The notes under the pieces were generated by a model. It did no database searches. It saw only the letters and a list, made by a program, of their open reading frames with translations, and was not told the origin of the DNA. A stretch of DNA of 64,000 bases. Source: Macrostomum lignano. Its lineage: Eukaryota. Both the position numbers and the translations under genes were made by a program. The stretch covers positions 310,001-374,000 of the forward strand of contig NIVC01000278.1 of NCBI GenBank assembly GCA_002269645.1, in the 5' to 3' direction. This document shows, one piece after another, positions 26,603 through 36,951 of this stretch (its first letter is position 1; each line of letters starts with the position of its first letter).

Positions 26603-28163
26603 TCATACTTGAGCTCCATCGCTATAGGCGGATAATAAAGACATCGTATCGACGACTTGCGGCTCTTCTTTAACAACAGATCCTACAAGCAGCTCGGATG
26701 AACTGGCAATTAGTTGCGAATGATCCGAGATTTCATTTTCAACTTTTGTAGTTACGGACGCAGCGTCGGCAGAAGGCAGTCTATGGCTATTACAACGGGA
26801 TGAGTCTTTGACATTCCACGAGGTCGAACTGGAATACCAGGGCACCAAAGTTGGTAAGCCGTTCTGCAGCCATTGACGGCAGTGACCGGTTCCTCCTCCT
26901 ACTAATGCTGGATTGACACCTGCACCGGAACTGACAGGGGCAGATAGGCCGCTATTAGCTGACTGAATTTGCTGCTGGTTATCAGAGGCCGTTGAACAGC
27001 CTGGCGACGGCAGAGATGCTGGAGATGGAGCGGCCTGAGAGTTGAAATATGGAGGAATTGCAAGCTCAGATATTGCGATAGTCTGCTTCTGGGAGGCGGT
27101 GTTGCAGGAAGGTGGATATTTTGTGCGATGGGTTCTGAGATGTGGGATCTATCTTTGAGATTGGGTTCTCTCAGTGGGATCTCAGAAAGAGGAGGGGTTC
27201 TTGGTGGTAGGTGGGATCTCGGAGAGGATTGGTTCTAGGTGGGATCTCGGAGAGAGGATTGGTTCTAGGTGGGATCTCAGAGACGATGCGTTCTAGTTGC
27301 GATCTCAGAAAGGATGGGGTTCTAGTTGGGATCTCAGAGAGGATGGGTTCTAGGTGGGATCTCAGAGAGGATGGGTTTTAGGTGGGATCTCTGGGGAAGG
27401 ATAGGGTTCTAGGACGGTGGGATCTCAGAGGGGATGGGGTTCTAGGTGGGATCTCTGGGAGAGGATAGGGTTTAGGTGGGATCTCAGAGAGAGGATAGGG
27501 TTCTAGGACGGTGGGATCTCAGAAGGGATGGGGTTATAGGTGGGATCTCTCAGAGAGGAATGGTGTTCTAGGTGGGATATCAGAGAGGATGGGGTTCTAG
27601 GTGGGATCTCAAAGAGAGGATGGGGTTCTAGGTGGGATCTCAGAGAGGAATGGGTGTTCTAGGTGGGATCTCAGAGGATGGGTTCTAGGTGGGATCTCAA
27701 AGAGGTTCTAGGTGGGATCTCAGAGAGAGGATGGGTTCTAGGTGGGATCTCAGAGAGAGGATGGGGTTCTAGGTGGGATCTCAAAGAAAAGAGGATGATT
27801 GGGATGAAAACTTACATAATTTGGATCGGCAGTGCAGGTGAGTGAGGCGGAGGCAGCAGCGGCAGCAGCAGAAGAATGCCGCCTATTATTTGGCAGTCGA
27901 ATATTTTGGCGTCGAATAAAATCGGCCAGTGACGACTTGGCAACGCCGTGCGTCTCGGCGGCCAATCGAACGGAGATGCCGTAGGTGATGACGTCATCGA
28001 AGGCACGCTTTAACAGCATGCGCCGGTGCATTGGTGAGGCGTATTCGCGATTCAAAGGACGCGGCTTTCCTACACGAGATTGAGCTTGATTAGGAACAAC
28101 AGAGTCTTCTGCTTCTGCTGTCTTCTGCTTTTTTGGATGACTGGGCAAGTTTTCGTCGTCCAT
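26603..28163 (-). CDS. Pipsqueak-type helix-turn-helix protein with a Ser/Pro/Ala-rich tail, 2 exons, about 297 aa
   Basis: Exon 28163-27816 (donor TAT|GTAAGT) contains LLKRAFDDVITYGISVRLAAETHGVAKSSLADFIRR, matching the HTH_psq pattern (A+..V..G.S+R.AA..+GV..STL). An open frame runs from 27148 to the stop at 26603 (182 codons, includes track ORF 26603..26848). The phase-compatible acceptor is tag|ATC at 27149, but it is weak, so the exact junction is uncertain. Confidence 0.68.
27130..27790. repeat. 28-30-bp minisatellite (TTCTAGGTGGGATCTCAGAGAGGATGGGG), HTH gene intron
   Basis: Degenerate tandem copies. Confidence 0.92.
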
Positions 28164-29026
28164 ACCAATTTGTCGATGATGTTGTAGTTCTTGGCCGATT
28201 CTCTCTCACAAAGGCGATCTAATCTTATCTAGTTGATTTACTTACTTAAACGTAGTCGATTTTTACGACTTCGCAAGAATAAGAAACAGTATCGTCAAAA
28301 TTACGGCCGCGTTTGGTGGGCGCCGGGCAAATTTAACTCTTTCAAGCCAAATCGCTAAGCCATGGAGAAGCGATCCTCGAGACCGGATTTTCTACTGAAT
28401 CGAATCTCTCGCGGGATTTCAAGGAAATGTCTAGCGAATCGCAGATCCAAATTATGGACAATACCACTGGACGATTATATTATTACAAACCGTTCTTTGG
28501 CTAAGTATCTTTGACTTCCTCTCTTTGGCTAAGGCCGGGGGGGCTTTAAAAATTGTTTTATGACGCGGTTCTTCTTGGCTCTCGGTCGCTCGGCCAAAAA
28601 AAGTGCTAAGAGTAATAAGAACTGCTTAGAATTGGCTGGTTAAAAGCGGTTAGTTGAACGAATCGATATTGGGAAGCAAGCAAAAACAGTACGACCATAG
28701 ACAATCTAAGTGGAGCTTGAATGAAGACGAAATATACTATAGACAGAAAAATGGAGCGGTTGGAGGCTTTCGTCCGGGCTTGTCCGCGAGAAACGGTTCG
28801 GTCAATTAAATAATAGCGAAGCTACTAGAGCTTTGCAAATTGGAACGTACAGAGTCATAAAACGAGATAGCGGCCAAGCCCGTCCCTCGCTTGGCGGCCG
28901 GGGCGCGTGAGCTAATTGACGGCTGGGGCCAGGCCCCGGACAGACCAATGTACATTGGGAATGTACATTCTAGTTCAACATCGTGCCCGGCTAGTGGGGT
29001 GGTGGGGTTTTCCAGACAGTCCAGCC

Positions 29027-29101
29027 CACAGATACTATAAACATATAGTATTTATACTATAGTATTTATAGTATTTATATATAGTGTTTATAGTATCTGT
29101 G
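29027..29101. mobile_element. 75-bp MITE with 17-bp perfect TIRs and an 8-bp TSD
   Basis: CACAGATACTATAAACA...TGTTTATAGTATCTGTG is flanked on both sides by GTCCAGCC (29019-29026 and 29102-29109). Confidence 0.72.
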
Positions 29102-30241
29102 GTCCAGCCTGGCCTAGGAGAGGGTAAGAAAAATTATAAGAACGGTGCAGAACACAGCCGAAAGAGCTTGGCTGTTTCAGTTCAGTGAAGGAAAGAAATA
29201 TGTGGAAGTTTAGAGAGCTTTAATAAACACGGACTGTCTGTCCGAAATTTTGGACACCCCAAGCTCTGGGCAAGGCCGACACACTAGTCATGAGTATGAC
29301 AGATCAAAGAACAGGACAGAGGTGGACAAAAGGCTTTTTTCATTTCAGAATTTAACACAGCAGGTTTTTTAGGAGCATTTATTAAAATACTTAGTGGATT
29401 AAATTAAAAGAATCTGCTGGTGTCTGCTGATATAATCATGTCATTAATTAGCGAATACGTTAATCAATAATAGTATGGTTAGAACTTAGAAAATAAAACT
29501 CTTAAAGTGACGCTAAACTTTAGAAGCTCCAGGTAAAACAAAACGGTTTTAATCCGCTGATTAGTGTTGACATAATTAACCATCTAGCTTAAACCGAAAT
29601 AATAAACTAAAGCACCAAACAAGAATTAAACAACTTGCATTTTTATTTCAATTTAATTTAATTTCATTATACAGAGACGACGGACATTGTAAGCCATTCA
29701 TTTGAAGTAGTATTTAATTTTAAACAATGCACTTTACGTCTGGTATAAATAGCAGTAACAGATCTGCATCCTAAATGAACAACAACAGACAACGAAATTG
29801 AATTCGTAAATCACAATGGAATGAATTTTGAAATTATGGTCACGGAATGTTTTAAAAACGGACACAAAAATAATGTACGAATCGTAAATAAATTTTGATT
29901 CACTAAATCGCGCTGCTTTGCAGACAAAATTATTTTAAACTTTAATATGAATCACACTACTTATAGTAGGAATAATTGAATATCAACCAAGGAAACATTG
30001 CTTAGGAAAATATTGGTGCAATAAAACAAAAAAGATGCGAATAAAAAACGCTATTGGATTCTGAGATGACAGTATAATAGTCTAAATAATCATAATTCAC
30101 GATCAAAAATCTCTGCAATTGAAAACCGCAGAAAATGCCTGAAAAAGTGCCCAAAAACCAATGACAAAGTGCGAAACCGAAAAGCACAAAATAAATTTTA
30201 CAACCAATTTCTTCGAATCTAGGTGAGTAGCGGCGGCCTAG

Positions 30242-31460
30242 CTGGGGATCTGCGAGACTGGCTCAAAAACAGAGGATCTGGGAGGCTGGCCTAGCAACTG
30301 AGGATCTGGGAGGCTGGCCCAGCAACTGAGGATCTGGGAGGCTGGCCCAGCAACTGAGGATATGGGAGGCTGGCCCGACAACTGAGGATCTGGGAGGCTG
30401 GTGGCCCAGCAACTGAGGATCTGGGAGGCTAGTGGCCCAGCAACTGGGGATCTGGGAGGCTGGCCCAGCAACTGAGGATCTGGGAGGCTGGCCCGGCAAC
30501 TGAGGATCTGGGAGGCTGGTGGCCCAGCAACTGAGGATCTGGGAGGCTGGCTCAGCAACTGAGGATCTGGGAGGCTGGCTCAGCAACTGACGAACTGGGA
30601 GGCTGGTGGCCCAGCAACTGAGGATCTGGGAGGCTGGCCCAGCAACTGAGGATCTAAGAGGCTGGCTCAGCAACTGAGGAACTGGGAGGCTGGCCCAGCA
30701 ACTGAGGATCTGAGAGGCTGGCTCAGCAACTGAGGAACTGGGAGGCTGGCCCAGCAACTGAGGATCTAGGAGGCTGGTTGCCCAGCAGCTGAGGAACTGG
30801 GAGGCTGGCCCAGCAACTGAGGATCTAGGAGGCTGGTTGCCCAGCAACTGAGGATCTGGGAGTTTGGCCCAACAACTGAGGATCTGGGAGGCTGGTCAGC
30901 AACTGAGGATCTGGAAGGCTGGCCCAGCAACTGAGGATCTGGGAGGCTGGCTCAGCAACTGAGGATCTGGGAGTCTGGCCCAACAACTGAGGATCTGGGA
31001 GGCTGGTCAGCAACTGAGGAACTGGGAGGCTGGCCCAGCAACTGAGGATCTAGGAGGCTGGCTCAGCAACTGAGGATCTGGGAGTCTGGCCCAACAACTG
31101 AGGATCTGGGAGGCTGGCTCAGCACTGAGGATCTGGGAGGCTGGCTCAGCAACTGAGGATCTGGGAGGCTGGTCAGCAACTGAGGATGTGGGAGGCTGGC
31201 CCAGAAACTGAGGATGTGGGAGGCTGGCTCAGCAACTGAGGATCTGGGAGGCTGGTTGCCCAGCAACTGAGGATCTGGGAGGCTGGTGGCCCAGCAACTG
31301 AGGATCTGGTAGGCTGGTGGCCCAGCAACTGAGGATCTGGTAGGCTTGTGGCCCAGCAACTGAGGATCTGGGAGGCTGGCCCAGCAACTGAGGATCTGAG
31401 AGCCTGGCCCAGCAACTGAGGATCTGGGAGACTGGCTCAAAAACTGAGGATCTGAGGATA
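30242..31460. repeat. 28-bp minisatellite family A, copy 2
   Basis: Same unit and orientation as 10112-11500. Confidence 0.97.
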
Positions 31461-31533
31461 TAAACCATAGCTCAGATAAAAAAGTCCCAACCAAGCAGTG
31501 GCAGTCAGTGCAACCGGACTACCTGAACAGCTA

Positions 31534-32166
31534 TCACTGAGGCCTGTTATACCTCCGAGCGGAATGCCCGCCTTGTCCCCTTTTCCTGGCCTTGGGACTG
31601 GCGTCCCCGTCTGCAGTGGCCGCAGCGAACACGGAGCTGGCGGCCATCAAGTTCTCAATGTACTGCCCGAGAATCCGATTCTCGCTGCTAAGTTTGAGAT
31701 TCTCCTCTTTAACAGTTTCAACTCGTTGGCTCAAATCGTCAAGCGTGGACTGCAGCTCAGCAATCTGGGTCACCAGACGCAGTTTCTCCTCCTCTTCGGA
31801 AGCGCCGCCCTCCAGATGTCCGGCCGAGTCAGCATTGGAGCTGGTAGCGCCAGCTCCAGTGAGAGCCGATACCGATGAAGCTCCACCCGATGCGCCAGCA
31901 GCTTCCAAGGCTGCAGACGACGATGTGCCATATTCGGCAAATCTGCCGCTTTGAGACGAGTAACGCAACGTCTCGGACCAATGCTGCATCCATTCGGGAT
32001 TGGAGTTGGGCAGGGCTGAGCTACCAGCTGCTTCAATGGAAGATGTTGGCAGCAGTGCTGGCTGCTGTTGACTGCTCAAGTCCTGCTTGGCTGGCTGCTG
32101 AGAATCAGCACCTGATTCAGAGTCACTTTCCAATGCTATCACTGTCATGTTGTTTTCTGACATCAT
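31534..32166 (-). CDS. SCOC: Short coiled-coil protein (SCOC/UNC-69 family), single coding exon, 210 aa
   Basis: [57 protein letters not shown] closely matches the SCOC coiled coil as I recall it ([46 protein letters not shown]). It has a long low-complexity N-terminal extension. Confidence 0.93.
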   Translation of the reverse strand: MMSENNMTVIALESDSESGADSQQPAKQDLSSQQQPALLPTSSIEAAGSSALPNSNPEWMQHWSETLRYSSQSGRFAEYGTSSSAALEAAGASGGASSVSALTGAGATSSNADSAGHLEGGASEEEEKLRLVTQIAELQSTLDDLSQRVETVKEENLKLSSENRILGQYIENLMAASSVFAAATADGDASPKARKRGQGGHSARRYNRPQ

Positions 32167-34974
32167 TTTCTTGCTTTTTTATACTGATAGACAGCTGTAG
32201 ATAAATCAAAGCATTGATTCAAGTTACATTTGGCTTGACATTGACTTTAAAGGACTAGGTTTTTTTGAGAATCAGAGAGCCAGTTAGCACAAAATTTAGA
32301 TTAGTATAATCATAATTTACTGCTATGGGAAATGAGACTTAATCACAAATTTAGACTGCAGGAGTGCTTGTCTACTTCTAAGTATTAGTTTTAGAATATT
32401 TGCAGGTAGGCTATTAGCCTATTAGGCAGAGGCATAGCCAAAAATTTTTTTAAGTTTTTTAGAGTCAAAATAATTTAATTTATAAGTATGCCAAAGATAG
32501 CCAGGATGATAAAACTATTTTAGATTTATATCTAATTATTCTATACACATTAAAAATACTATATTAACCATACTTGACTATGCTATTCATAGAAATTCTT
32601 ATTATTCTTATGTCTAAAAGATAGCAGTTTTCTCAAAATAATTTTATCATATAGTCTAGAAAGTGGCCTTTGCCATTTAAAATTCTAGTACATAAGGGTC
32701 CCTATCACGTGGTATAAACAGTATACTCATACAACCTTAATACACACTAGAAGTCTGGTATAAAACTATTCATCTATGCAACTAGAATTGGGTAATAGTT
32801 CCAAGTTGACAAAAGTCACCAAAGTGTTGGGTGACTTTATTGGCAATTGACAAAGTGACCAATGACTAAGGTATCCTCATTTGCTATGTACAATAATTGT
32901 TATCAATGATGTTCAATGATGTTTTAATTATTACCTTATTTTATCTAAAACAATCAAATTCAACATTTAACTTCACCATGAGTACTGGATGTACAAAGGT
33001 AAGATGTTCTCATACAAATATTCTATGCAAATGCATTACCTATGCACATTCAACTCTAATCCTAGCCTAAATGCATTTATGGCGTTTATGCCTTATGAAT
33101 CTTGCATATTTATACATTATATGACTAAATATATGTCCACATAGGTCATTTATCCCATCAAAACACATAGTTGAATGTTGAGGACTGCTAATAGTCTCTA
33201 GAGTTGAGAATATTTGCAAGCACATAAGAAGGGACTTATTGGGGATCTATATGAAGGCCCCTACCTAAAGCATTATGTATGATTCATATATATCATATTA
33301 TATTAAGTCATTTCAGCCTGTCATGCTTAATAATAATAGTTTTAAATCTAGATTTATACCCCACTATTGAAAAATCATCCTATACTAACAATCCAAACTG
33401 TTAAATTGGAAGTCCTATGACTCCTATTAGAATCACAATTAAATTTGTTGTTTCCTTAAACTCTATATAATTTTTGCCAATTCTATAGTAGGCTACACTT
33501 TCCAACAGAAACAATTTGGCTAACCATATGCCCCATATTGCTTATATATTCACCTATTGCTTATATAGCACTGTTCTATAGCTCTATAGGCTAGAGCTAG
33601 AACTTCATTATTTATAGGGCTTAGTATATATAAAAAATGATACCCCTTGGTCTTGGGCTAGTTTTTTAAGTGTATTTAGTGTAGATGTCTGGCGCAGTTA
33701 AGCCATTAGCCATGTACTGCAATAGGCCAGGATGTCACTTAGTTATAAATTAAAGAAGGTTAAGAACTATTTGAATATTTGTTACATTAGCTATAATTCA
33801 TATTCACAATTTACAATTTACAAGTGGAGGGTGGATGGGTATAAAAGGCAATTAGAGAGAACAAAAGTACAGTAAACAGACTAGACAAGGTAAGGTAAGG
33901 TGTACAACCATGGCATAGTAGGCTACAAATTACAAAACGCACTGATGCACAAAGGTTAAAGCATCCCCTGCCCTTTGGTACATGATGCATAGCAATCATA
34001 AGACAAATAAGTTAAAAAAGATGATTGATGATAAAAGTAGAATACGGTTTAGCCAATACGAGTTAATAATCCACATATTTTTTGTTTGCTAATAAATAAT
34101 TAATAATTTATCTTTGTTGTTGACTTTAGCGAATATTTTCTATGAAACTGCTGAACTTGAATCCGGGTAAGTTGAAATTTTTGCACGATAATATGTCTCT
34201 ATAAGTAAAGCAAAGCAAGATGCTAAGCTTTATATACTTCTAGAGCTAGTAAAATGAAGTGATAGTTTACGATTATTATTTCTTGTTACTTTTATCTTTT
34301 AGGATTAATAAATTGTTATAACTATAACGGGTAAATTTCGAAATCTGTCGCGTAAGTTTGAATGTGAAATTTCTTAGAAGCAGACACAGCTGTCAAAATA
34401 AGTATAGTAGAATGTAGATGCTGCAGTAATATAACTTTAGTAGTAGCAATCTCTACTATCACGTTCTATTTTGCCAGTTTCTGTTTATGATCACCTTATA
34501 TTTTGCTCATTGTGGTGCAAAAATTGTGTGTTCAAAACTGGCTGATAAAAAATATGCAAAATTGAAACTGCAGTTTGTTGGATGATGCTTATAATATAGA
34601 AATGAATCTAATTCAGTTTGTAGCATAAAAGCCAAATATGTTCATTTTTGAGCCTTTTTATTATTCTCTATATTGCAGAATATGAATTAAACACATTACA
34701 AACATACCAACAGTTCCAATTCCAATATACAAGCAAAGCCTAGCTAGCATACATCTACTATCATATGTAAATCTTGTATATAAATAGGAAACACAAGTCA
34801 CAACTTTGTGTTTAAAAAATGGTATAAAATTCCTAATAACAAAACTATAGCTTATGGTTAACATTTATCCATAGGCATACAAAAGCAGAGGCCAACTCCT
34901 CTATTGGAGGAGAAAGGGGAAGAACTCCTATCACTGGAATCCATCAGCTGAATCCTATGACTATGACCCAAATC

Positions 34975-35310
34975 CTATCATCCAAGTCCTCTCTAAAATC
35001 CAAAATCCATCAAAATCCTCTCTGTGAAATAGAAAGCCCTAAAAATCCTCTCTGTAAAATAAAACTCTATCAAAATCCTCTCTGTGAAACAGAACTCTAT
35101 CAAAATCCTCTCCATGAAATAGAACTCCATCAAAATCCTCTCCATGAAACAGAACTCCATCAAAATCCTCTCTGTGAAATAGAACTCTATCAAAATCCTC
35201 TCTGTGAAACAGAACTCCCATCAAAATCCTCTCCATGAAACAGAACTCTATCAAAATCCTCTCTGTGAAATAGAAATCCATCAAAATCATCTCTATAAAA
35301 TCAATATTCA
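34975..35310. repeat. 30-bp minisatellite (CATCAAAATCCTCTCTGTGAAATAGAACTC)
   Basis: Tandem copies. Confidence 0.93.
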
Positions 35311-36951
35311 TCAAAATTCATTCTGTTTAATGATTATCTATCAAGTATCAATATCTCCTTCAAGCAAAAATCTATTAATTTAATCAACAATAGTCTATTT
35401 AATTGGAATGTATTATAAAAACACTTTTTATTTGTTTGTCTGGCTTTAATATATGCAAAGAAAAGGATTCAGTAGTTAGGAATAGGGTTAGGGTTATGGC
35501 TACACAATGCTGCCTGTTAAAGGGTGCCAATAATAAAAAATTGAACCAATTGAACCAATTAATTGCAAAATCAATTTTTCAGTCAGTTAGTATCAGTCTC
35601 ACTCTCAGTTAAAGTTAACAAAATGATTGCGCAATCTAAATCAACGTTCAAATACATAGCAGCAATTAGAAGTTGAAGCCCCCAAATGTATAGATTGCAT
35701 CTCGCAAAAATGAGTACAATCTTTGCAGAAAGTTGAAAGTATGGAAATTTTTTTTTGAATGCTGTGCTTTTATTTTTTATACTTAAGCAAGCAACTTATA
35801 TCAGCATTGAAAGATTCTTTCAGCAATAAGTCTTCTCTCAAAGTTCAAAACTCGAGGAATAGTTTGCATTTGAAATTTCCCAGTTTAAAGCATTGAATTT
35901 TTAGTGTACATTCACTTTTCACTGCCTGCTATAGTGAGAGGCTCGCAAGTTTATGCATTAAATTTCAGTGTCTGCCAGTTAGCAAGGGTCCAAGTATACA
36001 CACGCAGCCACTTAGAATGCCCCTATCCCCCACTGGGAGAGAAAATACACTACTGAGATAGGAAAAAGTTGTGGCGCAATCACTCAAAATTGATGGAAAT
36101 TTTCAGTTCAGAGGAGAAAAAGTGGCCAAAGAAGGTTAAGAAAACAGTTTTCTGCTTTTTTAACAGACCTAATTTTGAAAATCTCAACATTAAAATAGCC
36201 TATTTGTTGTATAGGAAAATTCTGCATTGATATATATAAGTTTTGCATTTGAGTTGGCAGCATTAAACCCGGCCGGTTGATTTATCCACTCAGTTCTAAT
36301 TGGTTTTTAAAGTTTCATTTTTGACTAGCATATATATGAGTATATATTTTAGTTGATACACTTTATTAGCATATTTCATTTACATATATTTTCTTAGCTA
36401 GCCAAATGCTTTCTAGTATATGCAAAATGCAAAATCAATCTGCAATATGGGTTATACTTATAAAACAATAGATAAGATTAAGGATTGAATCATACCATAA
36501 TAAATAATGTGTCTAGAACATGTCTTTTTTCTTGCTTGCATAAAAATATCAGTATATTTTAAAGCTCACTAACTGATAGATACTAGTTGAGTTTAATGAC
36601 AATTATTTTTTACCCCAAAGGTTCAAGTTTGATGATTAAAAAATTAAGTCTTTGATAGAAATAATAATTGGAAATTTTAGTGTTATTATGCTTAAATACA
36701 AAATAGTTATACCATTAATAAAAAGAAATAAATGGCTAATAGATCATGACTCATTCCCTGACTATGCCACTGTCCAGGATAGCCTAGTCATACATATGAA
36801 AACTAGAAAATTGAATACCTAGCTGAAGAAATTTACATTTTACAGATAATGCTATTGATTAAAAAACTCCTTGTTTTCCTACTACTAGTAGACTTTCTCA
36901 ACAGTAGTATATGTACTGGCGATTGCAGATCCAGCTAAAGACAGGGCAGTG

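Noticed and set aside
27120-27140. Stronger-looking acceptor TCTCAG|AACCCA for HTH exon 2
   Set aside because: With the phase-0 donor it leads to a stop after 22 codons; the upstream TAG keeps the long frame.
31498-32204. Antisense ORFs over SCOC (and similar ones over DNPEP, ATG14 and ANO exons)
   Set aside because: Shadow ORFs typical of GC-rich coding sequence.
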